From Lama guanicoe (taxonomy: Eukaryota): 64,000 nt of DNA. A program made the translations under genes and the position numbers. Position 1 is the stretch's first letter. Each line of letters opens with the position of its first letter. Under the pieces are notes generated by a model. That model saw only the letters and a list, made by a program, of their open reading frames with translations, searched no databases and was not told the DNA's origin. The stretch is from positions 932,001 through 996,000 of the forward strand of contig MU054338.1 of assembly GCA_013239625.1 (NCBI GenBank), given 5' to 3'. Positions 24,801 to 38,700 of the stretch are shown here, one piece after another.

Positions 24801-26080
24801 TCTTATAGGCCCCTTCCCAGGCTTTTCGAAGTGTCCCTGGGCCCAGGGCCCAAGGGGTGTGTTCTGGACAAGCACCCCTTGCCAGGAACTGCTGTGCAAG
24901 CTCACCCTTCATCCCATCACTGTTGAGGTCCCCGCCCCCTACACTGCCACTTGTTTTTCATTTCCCTGCTCTGCTGAGGGCTGCAAAACTGTGCTCCCTT
25001 GCCCTCCAGCACGTCCTCCTGTGTGCTCCTCAATCTGATGGGATGAGAGCAGGGGCGTGCATGACCATCCCGTCTGCGCCGCAGAATGGACTATGTCACC
25101 CAGCTCTCACGGACTTCCCAGAGACAGCACCCAGAGTCTAGAACACCACAAACAGAAAGGCTTGATAACATAAAATTAAACCTACAAACCACTGAGACAA
25201 ATGGAAAGTCTCCATTGTCAGCAGCACTTATAAATGAAAATTCAGGGGAAGAGCTGCAATGGAAGATCACAGAAGACTAGCACCCTTCCTGCATAAAGAG
25301 CCCTTACAAGCCAGCAGCAGGGCACAGGGCAGGAGCACCGGCCGCCACGGCGGGCAGCACCACGCGGCTGGCCAGGACGGCTGCCAGACTGTGAGTTTCA
25401 GCTTCATCGTAAGTGCAATTGGGATGACCATCGTGCCTATGTCACCACCCTGTAAGGACCGAGGGCCAGAAGCGATGGCCCAGGTCTGCTGCCCGGCACG
25501 TGCTGCTCTGGAAACGGTGGCAGGAGCTGCTGCTGTAAGTGTCATCACTGCGGCTGTCAAAAAGCTCCTCAGGCAGCGAGGAAGAGGAACAACCTGTAGC
25601 TACAGCCAACAACCTGGATCTCCAGGGAACTGTGCTCAGTAGAAAAAGCCGACCTCAGAAGGCTGCGTGCTGCATGGTTCCATTTATGCAACACTTCCAA
25701 CGTGAGAAAGTCGTGGAGAAGGTTGAGGGGTGGTGGGTGGTAAGTGGGTGTGACCACAAAGGGGCAGTGGGTGGGAGGTGGCGGCTGATGGGACAGTTCT
25801 GCACCTCGGCTGTGGCAGTGGCTTCATGGCACTACACACAGGAGAAAATTGCACGGACCTAACCACACATGTGTACACGTGAAACTCATGAATGAAATGA
25901 AATATCCAAATAAACTCCATGGATCATACCAAGGTCCGCTTCCCGATCTGCTATCGTACTAGGACGTGCAGGACCTGACAGACGGGGAGGCTGAGGCTGG
26001 GGGCACGGGACACCCCCCCCCGGTGTGTTTCTCTGCAACTTCCCGTGAATGTGTCCTGATTGCAAAATAAAAAGTTGATC
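21900..26080 (+). mobile_element. Cluster of ancient, decayed L1 (L1M/L1MC/L1ME-like) fragments in intron 3; the segment ~24300-24750 looks inverted
   Basis: A-rich strand asymmetry, ORF2-like remnants at ~22700-23100, and an L1MC-like 3' end at 25600-26076 ending GCAAAATAAAAAGTT. Confidence 0.55.
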
Positions 26081-27127
26081 AAATCCAAAGAAGGGTGGGG
26101 GGTACTTGAGACAGTAATGAGAAATTCATCAAGAAAGAACTCATCGGGCTGATCAGCTTTTAAGAAGATAATCACCTGTCATTAACATGCACGGGCCCCA
26201 TGTTCCTCTTCACCCATCAAACGGGAGGAGGTTGGAAAGACGGCTGCTGGGACCTCAGAGGGACACGTCTGTCCCAACGCTCACCCGCAGCCAGCAGTTC
26301 TAGTCAGGAACTTGCCCTGAGGACAAAACCGCACCCCCCCCCCCCCCCCCCCCGCTGTCCCTGACCTCCAGAGAGCCCCCCACGGGGGCCTGTGCTGCGG
26401 CGCTTCGAACACAGAGTGCACTTCCGGAGGACGCTGAAAGGAGCAACCTGACTTACAAGAGTGACGAGCAAATGCCAGGCCAGGATGCACAAGGGGTCGG
26501 AGGAGAAGGTGGCTGGCGGAACCCACCAGCATTTGGAAACTCTCAACCCCTGAAGGCAACACTGCCCGTCTGGAGGGTGCCCCACCTGACTGATGAAAGA
26601 ACAGGCTCAGAAAGGGGGTGACCTCCCCAGCCCCCATCCCGGGGTGTCCAGCTCCACCGGGGGGCGGGGGAGGAAAACGTGCTCAGAGCTGGGAGAGCCC
26701 CCACAAAGGGGCCTCAGTTCCAATGGTTCCTGGGTCTGGAGCTGGGACCCCCGACCAGGTGCTCAAGGCAGACACTGAGATGGGCCCTGCCACCGTTTGC
26801 CAAGCAGTTCCATACCTCCGAACTTGCCGCATCCCTGCATGGGACACATCTGTTTTCCACGTGACGAAACTTAGGCCTGCAGATCAGGTCTCAGGGCTCC
26901 TGGGCCTGGGCCCCTTCTCACTGCAGGCTCAGGCAGCATTAACCACCTGAACTGAACCGCGGAAGGCAATCCCTGGCTGCACGTCCAGAACAGGAGGCCC
27001 CTGGGCTGGACCAACCATACCATGACCCTCCTGGGCTAAAAATCTCAGCCAGATGCAGGGGAGGGGGCGCAAGGCCAGACCTTCCCCATCTAAAGTGGTC
27101 AGGATGGGGCTGCAGAGCAGGCTGATA

Positions 27128-27249
27128 TTATTTTTTTTCTTTAGGGGTAGATAATTTTCTTTCTTTATCTTTAGAAGAGGTGCTGGGGATTGAACCCAGG
27201 ACCTTGTGCATGCTAAGCACGTGCTCTACCACTGAGCTATCTCCTCCCC
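27128..27249 (-). mobile_element. tRNA-Ala-derived SINE (vic-1-like, camelid)
   Basis: Minus strand GGGGAGGAGATAGCTCAGTGGTAGAGCACGTGCTTAGCATGCACAAGGTCCTGGGTTCAATCCCCAGCACCTC with A and B boxes and an A-rich tail. Confidence 0.88.
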
Positions 27250-27899
27250 AAGATGGGCAGTGTCGCCTCAAGGGGGCAAGAGTTTCCAAATGCTAGTGGA
27301 TCCCACAAGTCATGTTCTCCCCTCCACCCAAAATTCACAGGGTCCCACTCAGGCCAGACCAGCTGTAGGGTGTCCTGGACGGTCACCTTCCCCAGGGGCT
27401 ACCGGCCCCAAGTGGGCACTGGACAAGGTAAAACACTCCAGGGAGAGACCTAGGGGAAGGGGAGAATGCACCGGTGCCACCTTCTCCAGGAAGCCCCTGG
27501 GGCCTGACCCTCTGCCTGAGGCAGGGAAGCAGCAACACCGCTGGCTCCTAAGGGCTGTTTCCAGGGGTGAGGGGGCAGGGTGGCCCGTGGGGATTTCCAC
27601 ACTTCGGGGAGGACTCTGGCCACCCTGTGGCCACTTCCTCAGACAGAGAGGAAGGCCAGTGCAGGGCAGTGGGGGCACCAACACAGTGTCCCTTCTTTGT
27701 GGGAGGGTGAGTGAGCATAAACCACCTTCAAAAGCCTGGTGGACACCCCAATGGAACCTGGAGAAGACTCCCAGATAGGCCCTTCACGTTGGAGCCCAGA
27801 GATCTGGAAGGCCACGGCCCAGTCCTGACACCCCAGAAAAACACTGAAGCCCGTGCAGAACGCCAGCCTTTCAAGGGGGTCCCCAAATGCTCCCCACAA

Positions 27900-28335
27900 C
27901 CAGAGCTGACTCCCTCTCTGCCCCCAGCCCTCCTGGGCTCCCACCTTCGCAGGGTGAGAGCCCACAAGGCCCTCCACACCTCCCTCTCGCTCACTCTGCT
28001 CCAGCCACGTGGGCCTCCTCCTGTTCCTCCAACACTCCAGGCACAGTTCTGCCCCAGGGCCTTTGCACCCCATAGGTGTGCCTGGCTGTGTGGCTCCTCC
28101 CTGCACTGCTCTGCTGCCTGACCCCTCTGGGTATTCCTTGAGGCCGTGCTGTCCACCCTCCCGGGCTATGTCATCCACGCTCAGTGCCAGGTTTGTCTGG
28201 GATGCCCCCAGTTACAATGCTGGAAGTCCCGGATCCCAGAACCACCCTGCTGTATCCCCAGCAAACCAAGCTGATTGATCATCCCAGTGCTGGATCTTGT
28301 ATACAGTAAGTGCCTAATACATACCTGAATAAAAA
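27900..28335 (+). mobile_element. L2 LINE fragment
   Basis: CTCACTCTGCTCCAGCCAC...CCCCAGGGCCTTTGCAC...CCCAGTGCTGG...ACAGTAAGTGCCTAATACATACCTGAAT. Confidence 0.6.
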
Positions 28336-28792
28336 CAGCCCGAGCTAGGCAAGATTTGGGATGTCATGTCATGCCCCTTCTGGGCCTCAGTTTCTTCCCA
28401 GGGACTGGAGACCCAGAATCCCACTGGAGACTCAAGCCCCCACCTCACACCGGCCCCTAATGAGTGACACAGACGCCCCCACACTGGGCCAGGCCCAGGC
28501 CGTGGTGACGCCACACTAGCCCCGGTACTCCCACCAACCCCCCAAGGCAGGTCACGTGACCGTGACAGCAGCTGGTCCTCTGGGTTCCCTCAGGCTCACC
28601 ATCTCACCACCCCAGGCCCACGTGTGTGCCGGGACACACCGTCCAGGCCCCTCAACCCCACTCTGCCTGGTCAGCCCCTAAAACATCTCCCTTGGCGCCC
28701 GGCCACAAGCCTGCGCCCCGTCCTGTTGCCCCAGCTCGCCCTCCAACGTGGTTATCCTCTGCACAAACGTGAAGCCCCATGCGGGGCCCTAC

Positions 28793-28865
28793 CTGAGCTT
28801 CCAAACTGGGCCCCGGCCAGGGAGGCGGGCCGGCTCTTCCCGTTGGCCACCGGCAGGGGGAACAT
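28793..28865 (-). CDS. TCF3: TCF3 exon 3 (MFPLPVANGKSRPASLAGAQFGSS)
   Basis: 73 nt; ccacag acceptor after a pyrimidine tract; GTAGGG donor. Not in the ORF track; found by hand translation. Confidence 0.95.
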
Positions 28866-31800
28866 CTGTGGGGAGAAACAAGAAGTGGGTGGCAGAGCTC
28901 TGCTGCGGTCCTGTTCCCGGGGGGCCCCCGGGGCCGGGGGCCCCGACGGCCCAGGCGGGAAAAGGCTCTCCCGAGAACCAGCCCGGGCCGCCCGCCGCGC
29001 AGAGCCTGGGGCGGCAGCAGTAACTCCCCGTTTACTGCCCGCCGTGTTTGTCTCTCAGGGTAAAACCACCTCTTCAGACACTAGATGCAGCTCATCTGCT
29101 CTTAAAAACGACACAAAGTTTTAAGCTTCAGCTTCAAAGAACCCAGACCTTTCACACTCCCAGGTGGGTCTGCGAGCGTCGGGAGACGCGTCCCGCCGTG
29201 GACGACCGTCCCCAACAGGCTCGGCGTCCACCTCCCCGTGCTGACCCCGCGTAGCAGGGACGTGGCGGGAGGACAGCGGGCTGCCCCTCGTGCGGGGCTC
29301 TGCGCTCAGCGGCTGCCCAGCTGGCCCTTCCCGCAGCCTCCAGCGGCTGGTGTTGGGCTGCCCATCGGAAGGGGAAACCAAGGCTCAGAGAGGCGGCAAG
29401 CGGGAGGCCGCACCCCTCATGAATGACAGCGTGGGCCTCCTGGGCGTGCGACGGGTGCGCGATCGTCATTCCCCTTCTGCCCCGCCCGCTCACCCAAGCC
29501 CGTGGTGCTAAGTCCCTCAAGATTAAACAGCTTAACAGCATTAACTGGGAAGACCCAACATCAACAAACCCTCTCACCACAGAAAAAACAAAACACGTCT
29601 GCCCGGCCCCATGGGGCTGCGTTTTAGATTCTGTTCGAGCCCAACTGATTCCAAGTGGCTTGGGGCTTAGGGCTCCCTGGGGAGGGGGTGACAGCCCCCC
29701 AAACCCTCCCTGGCCATCCAGGCGGTGTAGGCACGGGGCCTGTGGGTGGGACTCTCAGGGCAACAGCACAAGCCCCAGGAGGGACCCGGGAAGCGGGGTT
29801 CTGCCCCCACACCCTGTCCTGCAGAAGGGGAAACTGAGGCCCCAGGCTCACCCAGCAGGGGAAGTGCAGAGGCTCACGGCAGGTGTGCGCCCAGGCTGGA
29901 CGCGGGCTCCCTGGGTCTGCATCCCCTCTGGGCGCATGGCTGTGCTCGTTCAACCCAGAGTCCTACCCTCAAGATGGGACCCTTTCCAACTGGGGACACT
30001 GTGGCCTTCGCTGGGGGAGGAGCAGGCTTGGGCGTCAGGGGCCAAACTCCCCCTGGAAGCAGGGGTTCAATTTCGTTTCTGTTTTGCCCTCTAAGTTGCC
30101 AGGGGCTGGCCGCTGACGTGGCACTTGCCGGAGGGGCACTGGGCCGTGTCCTGTGGGCGCCGCAGGCCTTGTGATCGGCCCAGACAGGCCCCTGCACCCT
30201 CTCGGAGCCTCGGTGTTCCCTCCTGTGAAATGGACTCGGGGCTTAGACTGCGTGGGATGTTGTGAAACCCAAAAGCACGTGGGCATGCTGAGCACGTGCA
30301 GGGCTCAGAGGAGCAGGGCCCCCGCCCCTGGTATTCCCCTAGCCCCTCGCCCATCCTCAGGCCCGGGGACCACGGCTCCCTCACAACCACCTTCCCAGTA
30401 AGGAAGCTCAAGGCCGAGGCAGAGGTGGGATGTGAACAGCCAGGTGCAGCCTTTGCCCTGGTTCTTGTGACAATCGCCCCGTTTACCCGACACGGACCTG
30501 CCCCCAGGAAGCGCTTCCCTTTAAAAATCTTTTTAGTCAAAAACAAGCTGTTTTAAGAAAACACACGAACTCAGTTTCTCGGGGGCAGCCATGCAGGGAG
30601 GAAGGGACGTGAGCCGTGATTGGTGGGGGAGCCTGACTCTGGACCCCACGACTCGTCCCGACCTTTCTGCTGACAACAATGAGATGGGTGAAGGAAAATC
30701 CAGGCCTGGGTCTACGCAGAGGACAGACACCAAGCACCCTGCCCCCTCAGCCTGGCTTTCCTCATCCATGAAATGGGTCGTCGGTTCTGAGCAGTGGGGG
30801 AGGAGCCTAGACCCTCCGGACAGAAGGCGCAGGTAGACAAGGAACTGCTGTTCCGGGGTGGAAGGGGTGAAGGGGCCAGGTCTGAACCTCCGCCCCCTCC
30901 CCCGACCCCCAAAGCTGGTCTGTTCCAGCCCAATAGTCTGTGACTTGTCAGTTTAACAAAAAACAACGGAGCTGCGCCCCTGGTTACTCAGCTGAGGAGG
31001 CAAAAATACAACGAGCTTAAAAATACCAGCGTGGCCCTTCCGGAGCCTCGGCCACTCCGTCCCATGGGCTGTTTCTCCGCAGGGCGGCTGATGTTGTTTC
31101 AGTTTGGGGACTTTTGTTTTCGACAGTGGCCTGGACCTTGTACCAGCGGAGGATTAAATTCAGACCGAAAGCATTCTTCCCAGCCCCGTTTCACACCAAA
31201 ATGGTGCTCGCTGGGGGAGGGGCAGGCAGAATTTAGGGAGTCCACATACGGTGCCTCGGTTTGCCAGGAATACTGACCACCCCCCGACACCTGTGACAGA
31301 TGGCCTACTGCACAGATGAGCAAATCAAGGTCCCCAGTCCTCTGAGGGGTGCTCCAGCTCCCAGACTCTCAGGGCTGATCTGAGCTGAGACCTCTGGAAG
31401 CCAGCACTGTCTCTGAACCTCCCCACCGCCACCGCACCCCAATATGCAGTAGAAGCTACTGTCCAGAGAGCGCTTCCTTTGGGCCAGCCTTGCCCACAGG
31501 TCAGCGCCCACCGCTCCTGGGGTCTCCTCCTGTCACCTGCGCCTCCAGCTCCTGGAGACACCACCATCTGGCTGCCGTGTAAGTAAACCATTGGAAATTA
31601 CACCCCCACCATCCACACCCTCTCCCTACTCAAGGAAGGTCCTGCACGGGTCACCTCGGCACTGAGCACCACCATTTTTGCACCATGGTGGAGTGAATAA
31701 CCCCAATTACACCTTTTATACTCAGATAGCAAGGCCACTACGTGCCCAGAGCCAAGCTGGAGCCTCATGGCTGAACCTCTCAAGGGCGGAGTGGAGGCTC

Positions 31801-31972
31801 TGGGCAGCCCCTCCCTCACTCTGCCTCAGTTTTCCCATCTGGAAAGCTGGGCCTGTCCTGTGTCTGGGCAAACAGACGGGTGACAGGTGCTTCTGGAAGC
31901 TGACAAGGGCCCCTGGCGCTGTACTCTGACGTGGGGGCGCCAGCCCATCCAGCCCAACAAGTTTGAGGTTTA

Positions 31973-32293
<321 letters not shown>

Positions 32294-34118
32294 TCAGAAG
32301 CCCCTCTAACAGCTCTGAGGGCCGGGGTCTTCCCAGGCGAGCCCCTTCCAAACCCTGGGAGTGGGGACAGGGAGGCCAGGATTCAAGGATTTGGGCCCCT
32401 GGAGACCCCTCCCCAGAGCTCTCAGGGAGTCTGAACAACGGGTGGGGGTAGCGCTTGGAGCAGATTCCCTGAACTCCCTCTGCGACCACCAGGGAATCAA
32501 GTTGCAGATTTTAAACTGGATGCGGGGCGGAGTGGACCCTTTCCAGCCCGGCCAGAACCCGCCCCTCTCCCCGCCACATCTCCCATTTCCAACCACCCCC
32601 AGGCTTCCCACTGGCCCCGCCCCCGGGAAGGAGGAGGGGCGGCCCCAGCCCCGCCCCAAGGGAAATTTGTTGAACCCCCACCCCAACAGCTGTCAGAGCA
32701 CGTTGAAGGCCCAGTCACCCCCAAACTCAAAGTGAAAGAAATCTACAAGTAAGACAGCGAAGCCCCTTTCCCGGTCCACGACTAAATGGACAGCTACCTC
32801 GCGCAGGGACTCACCCACGACGCTTCCCTCCACCCTTAACCTCCACCCCCCCAACAAAAAACAACTGAACTCCGAAAAAAAAAACCCACCATAGACTTAT
32901 TGTCACGATGTATCCGGGAATTATTTTTAAGCAACTTTGAAAACATCCCTTGCCTCCCGGCCCTGGGGGGAGGGGATCCCAAGACCAGGGTTTCCCCCAC
33001 ATGGTCGCAGGGGGCTCCATTCTAGAACGGGGTGGGAGATCCACCTGCCAGGCCCCATTCCACACCAGAAGAGGGATGAAAACAGCCTCTCCGTCCCACG
33101 GTCCGACAGCTTCTCTTCCCGGGGCCCCAGGTGGGGGCAGAGGCGGCAAGCAGAAACCATGGAGGCCGCGGGGGTAGAGGGGGTTCCGACGTCGAGGGAG
33201 ACCCGACTTCAGAAGCGGAGAAACCCCCGCTTTGTTTGCCAACTGCAGACGGTGTGAAACGGATGCCCCAGGGCACCCCCTCCCTCGCGAGGCTTTTTCT
33301 TTTTTGGAGAGCGTGTGAAACTGACTTTTTTGAGGAGTACGAAACCGCACTTTTTTGTGGGGTAGCTGAAACCGATTTTAAGGCAGACCCGGGGGGGGGC
33401 TAAAACAGGCTTTTCTAGGGGAGCTGAGGGAGTTCTGGGGTGTCACAGCGACTTTGGGGACTCAAAGCGGACTAGGAAGGTGTGTGAAGCCACTTAGGGA
33501 AAAGAAAAGCAAGGAAAGTCTTCCTTTGGGGGGGAGGGGTGGGAGGAGGCCCGGGAAACCAATCCCCACCCCACCCCCCGCAGCCGGTGCGGGCGGCGAG
33601 GCCCGGGAGCCCTTTGAAGCTCGGGGTGCAGCCACCGCTACCGCGCTGCTCGCCCCGAAGCCGCCGCCCGAGCCCGCGTAACGCGGAGCAGATGCGTTCC
33701 CCGGCCCGGCCAGGCTCCCGGCCGGAGCCCGCAGGCGCCCGGCGCACCTTCCCCGCAGACAAAAGGACGCTCCCTCTCTCTCGCTCGCTCCCCTCCAAAC
33801 TCCGGCGCCGGCCGGGCCCCCGGGGGAGGGGGCCCCCGCGGCCCCCGCGCCGCTGCCCCGCAGCGAAGTTGGGCGGCCCGGCGGCGCCCCCCGCGCCCCC
33901 GCCCTATCCTCAAAGTTTCCTGAAGTGCCGGCCGGCGGGGGCGCGCGGGCCCGAGCGCGCCCTCCACGTAGCCGGCCCCCTCCGGCGCGCAAAGTTGGAG
34001 AACAATGACTCCGGCCGCGCCGCCCCCCGCCCGGCCCGCCCCCGCCCCGCGTCCCGGAGCCGCGCAGGGAGGACCGGCCCGCCGGGCACCGAGCGGGGGA
34101 GGGTCCCGGCGCGCTCAC

Positions 34119-34400
34119 CTGCTCGGCGCGGCCCGGCCCGCAGCGCGCGGGGGGCGGCGGCATGAACGGCCCCCCCGGACAAAGGGGCGTCGCGGCCCCG
34201 AGGGGCGCGCGTGGGCGGCGGCGTGTGGCCCGGCTCCCCGCGTGTCCGCCCCGCGGGTCCTGAGCGTCCGGAGTGCTGACGGAGGCGGCGTGCGCGGAGC
34301 CCGCGGCGTCCNNNNNNNNNNNNNNNNNNNNNNNNNNNNNACTCCCGCCCCGCCCCGTCACCGCCCGCGGATTCTTCCGCTTCAGGAGCCCGGACGCCCG
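34119..34400 (-). other. TCF3: TCF3 non-coding exon 1 (5' boundary approximate; contains the assembly gap)
   Basis: Strong donor CAG|GTGAGC (GT at 34118-34117) inside the CpG island, downstream of the CCAAT and GC boxes. Confidence 0.75.
34312..34340. other. Assembly gap (29 N)
   Basis: Run of n in the sequence. Confidence 1.
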
Positions 34401-35629
34401 GCCGCCGCCGCCCTCCCCCAAGATCCCGCGGGACGCGGCTGCGGGACCGCGGAGCCCGGCGCTTGAGAGTGAGCGCACCGGGTATCCGTTGGCCAATGGC
34501 GCGGGGCCCGGGCAGGGACTATCTTCCAGCGCGGAGGCGCACACGGGCTGGGCGCATACCGTGACGAAAGCGGGAGGGGCGTCAGATGGAAGGATAAGGT
34601 TGAGTGGCTGTAGCCAATTGGAGGATCTGAAAGCCTGATTGGCGGCGACCCCGGCCGTTCGTGGCCAGGCCCCGCCCCCGCCCCGCCTCCCGCGCGGTCT
34701 GGCAGAGAAAGAGGCGGGACTCTCCGAGCGAGAGGCCGCGAGACGCGGTGGGGGTGGGGCTTGGGGCTTTATTCTCAGGTTTGCGTGGCCGCCCGCACAG
34801 CCTCCTTCGGCTTAGTCGTGTCCGAGTTCCTAAGGGCCGGTTCCTGGTGCTGGGTGTTTCGAGCGGGCATCCTAGTCCCAGAGGGACTCAATCAGACCCA
34901 TTTTACCGCGGGGCCACCGATGCCAGCTCTGTTTCAGGGTCAGAGAGGCCCGCGGGGAACCCACTCTGTGCCTCTGACTTGCTGGTTACCTTTGCCAGCC
35001 TGAGACTCAGTTTACTCATCTGTGAAATGGGGTTTGGACCTGTATTTGGGCTAGACTAAAGCAGGGCCAGACCTTCTGACCCTCGGTGGTCTGTGTCTCC
35101 ACTTAGACCTCAAGGTCCTCCCACAGCCAGGGGCCCTTCAGCTTTTGAGAACCACAGACCCTTCAGAAAGGAAATAATAATTATTATAAACTAAAATAGC
35201 ACAGTCTTTCATGGCCCCTCTGTGTCTGCGGAGAGAAAGCTACACCCCCAGGCCTGGGAAGAGGCCACCATTCCCCTGGCCAACTGGGCTCTGGCCCTCG
35301 TGGCCTCCTGGCTGTTCCAGAGCCTGCCAGGCTCATCCCCCCCCCCTCCAGGCTGTCGTCTTTGCTGTGCCCTCTGCCTGGAATGCTCTTCCACCTCCTC
35401 ACCATAGTTCAGTGCTGCCCTAGGGCCAGGGAGCAGGGCTGAAAGGAAGTAAGAAAAGTAGTGGTCCTGGGGGAAGAGGGGAGTGCAAAAGACCCCAGGA
35501 GCAGGTGGGAAGCTCAGTGGTCTCCTAATAAAGCCCCCACCTTCTCCACCTGCACTGCCTGACCTTCACCCTGACTCCCCTCTGGGTCAGAGCATCGCCA
35601 TGTGCCATCGGTCTGGGAGGGGAGTGAGG

Positions 35630-35720
35630 GTTGGGGTCTGGGTTCAAATCCCCCATCACTCCCTGCCTCACTGTGATCTTAGGCAAATTCTTGCCACTCT
35701 CTGGCCTCAGTTTCCCCGTC
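35630..35720 (+). mobile_element. MIR SINE fragment (one example of many in the window)
   Basis: GGGTTCAAATCCC...CTGTGATCTTAGGCAA...CTCTCTGGCCTCAGTTTCCCC core. Confidence 0.7.
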
Positions 35721-38700
35721 AGGAGACTGGAAGGGCACTGTTTTGGGTTCGTGCCTCCCTCCTGTGGCCTCTCCCCACTGGAAGGCCTGGGTCTCTGGTG
35801 TGAGGGCCCCCTCAGCCTCCAGCCTTTCCTTGTGTACCAACTCTGACCACGCAGCCTCTTGGGGTCCTCAGCCTGACTCAGGGCAGGCCAACACCCTCTC
35901 CCCACTAATGCTAAGGGTCTAAACCATATAGAGTTAGGACCAGTGTTTCTGGAGTTGACATACTCACTGAAGGGGGGAAATGATCCATTCATTGGCCATG
36001 CAATTATTAAGCACTGACAGTGTGCCAGGCTTGGTGCTGGACATTGGGGCATAGTGGGGACTGGGACCTGTCCTGTCTCTATCATCCAAGGCAAAATGGG
36101 CCATCGGAGGCCCCCTTTAAGTCCCAAATGTGTTCTTTCCATCCATTTGTTTGGCTGCCAGGTCCTCACACCTGAATGATTAAACCCATTGTCCAGATGA
36201 GGAAACTGAGGTTCAGAGAGCTCCTCCCTGGGGCCCAGTCCACCCTGGGGCTCACACCTGCCAGGAGGCCCTCCCAGCACCCACAAGCCACCATTGTCTT
36301 CCCTGGGGAGGCCCTCTGTGGGGCTGAGTCACAGGGTGGAGCAGCCTGTGGGGGCCCCCACTTGGCTGCCACCTCTGCCCAGCCCTGAGGCCGGGGTGTA
36401 CCCTACAGGGTCCTGACACAGGGAGAGGCAGCTAGCGGCTGGTGCCCCAGCCCCTCGAGGGCAGCCCACAGCCCGCCCACCCCCACCCATCTCACTGCAG
36501 CCTTTGTTCTCCTATGGGTGCCCTCCGGGGGTCAGGCAGGCAGAAGCCGGAGACCCACCTTCCCCACCTGTCGCCTCCTCCCTCAGCACAAGCCACACCT
36601 ACTGTGCTCCCGGGCTGGGGACTTCACAGGAGGAAGATGACCCCATTTCTGGTTGAGAAAACTAATGCCAAGGACAGATTCCTGCCAGTGAGTGGGGCAG
36701 CCAGGAACAGAACGGGGGGGATGGTGGTGGAAACTTCTGGAAGACAGTGGGTGTGCAGACCTTGGTCATCCTCTCGGAGAGAAAGCAATTGGACTTAGGC
36801 CTTGAGGGCCACCCTCCCAACGTCTGTTTTCGTGTGTCTCCAAAGCGCCTTCTCCTGGGGTGTGTGTGAACAGATCCCCCTAGGCTCTCCCACCCAGCCC
36901 GGCCCCTCCCTGCTTTTCCAAGCCCCGGAGGAGGGCTCCACCATGGGTCCAGCGTGTGTTCCCGCGGTGGGCAGCCGCCTCCGGAGCTGGGGGCTTCATG
37001 ATTCACCCGACCCCCACAGATGGACCGGCCCGGCCCTGACGGCCACACCCACCGTGACCCCCACCCCGGACCCTCTGGGGTTCACTCTTCATTCAGTCGC
37101 CCTCCCTGGCTTCTGGGAGGGAGGTTTCTGCAGGGCCTGCTGGTTGGGTCTGGGGCCGGGGTCTCCCTGGGTATGAGATGGAGCTTATTGCCCTCCACAG
37201 AGGAGGGGGAAGGTGCCGGCCCTGTTCGGCAGAAAGTGGACGACAAAGAGCCCCCTCTGTACCGGCCCCTCGCAAGCCCGCCCTCCCTGGTGCTCCCAGC
37301 TTGGGCGTGAGGAGGGGAGGGGACCCAATGACTGACCCCCATCCCTTCACCCCAGGGTTGTCCTGGGGAGCCAGCAGCCTGGAGGGCAGGTCTCTGAGGG
37401 AGGCTGGAACCCCATCCTCATGCCTCCCGTTGTCAGGGCAGCAGGAGGGGCTCTGGCACCCCCTTCACTGGGGTGGATTCCCTGGGGCAGCAACACTTGG
37501 GTGTCTGCAGAAGGACAAGTGAAGTCAGTGGGCAAAGAGGAGGGAGCCCAGCGGGGGGGGGCCGGGGCAGAGGGGGACTGCGTGGGGTACTCAACTTATC
37601 CATGAGGCCAGTGAGGCTGGAGCCCAGAGAAATGGAGGGGAGAGGAGTCAAGGTCAGAGGCCTCAGTTCCCAACAGTGGAGGCACCACGGGACCATCCGT
37701 GCAGGAGAGCGATGTGTGATCCGGGGCGGCGGCTGCATTTGGAGAAGGAGGGATGTCCAGAGGGGAGAGAAGGGCTGGCCGAGGGGACGGTGAGCTGGGT
37801 GGAGTTGGGGTAGGTGTGAAGGGTAATGGGAGTCTCACTTGGGAGGTGGGGGTGAGGAGGCAGCCACCCACAGGCGCTGGGTGTAGGGCTGGGGATCTGG
37901 GTACATCAGCAGTGGTGCCCTTCTCCGAGCAGGGGCAGCTGAGGGCCAGTAACGGGGAGGAATGGGGCGCAGGAAGGCCTCATCCCGGCAGTGCCCAGGC
38001 CCCACGGGGCTGTGTGAGTGAATGCACGAGCGCCGAGCCCAGTCTGAACCCCAGCCCTAAGCTGAGCCCCGATTCTGGTCTGAGCTTCTGCCCTGGGCTG
38101 AACCCCGGACCTCGGACTATGCTGAGCCGCCTCCGCCTACCCTTCCCCCCTTGGCCTGGTGCCCACAGCTCCTGACTCAGGGGCCTCAGGGCCTGTCCCG
38201 CCACATTCCGGGGCGGCCTGTGCAAACACGGGGCGCCTCCCTGACCAGCCCCCAGGCACTGTCCAGCCCAGTTCCGGGCGTTGGGGTGCGGGATGAGGGG
38301 GGCAGGGCAGGGGACACAGAGCCTGGCTAGATTCCTGCTGCCCACGCACGCACCCACAGAGTGGCCCTACTGACCTCTGCCTGGGGTGCATGGGGTGCCC
38401 CCTCCACCCTGGGAACACTGGGGGCAACTCCCTTCTCCCCAGGGCTCTGCAGCTCCCCTGACCTTCAGGCAGGAGGTAGTGGGAACCACTCCTTGGTTCA
38501 GAAGGGGAAGCTAAGGCTCAGGCCCCTGCCTGAGGCTGGCCAGCCTCCCGCACCTGGTCTGCCTGCCCTCCCGAGCTCTCTCACCTGCTCCCTGGTGCTT
38601 CTAGAAGTGGCAGGGAGGAGGTGTACCAGTTGTCAGCATCTTGCCACGCTAAGGAGCGTGGGTTCTACTCAGGGGGAGCCGTTAGCATTTAACAGCACAG

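Larger units (their letters stand above)
33550..34850. promoter_or_regulatory. TCF3: CpG-island promoter of TCF3
   Basis: Very high GC and CpG density. CCAAT boxes at 34493-34497, 34614-34618 and 34638-34642 (ATTGG); tandem GC boxes ~34667-34688; ETS-like CTTCCG ~34374; no TATA box seen. Confidence 0.88.

Noticed and set aside
26334..26353. C20 homopolymer (and C18 at 57123-57140)
   Set aside because: Simple runs with unreliable length and no associated feature.
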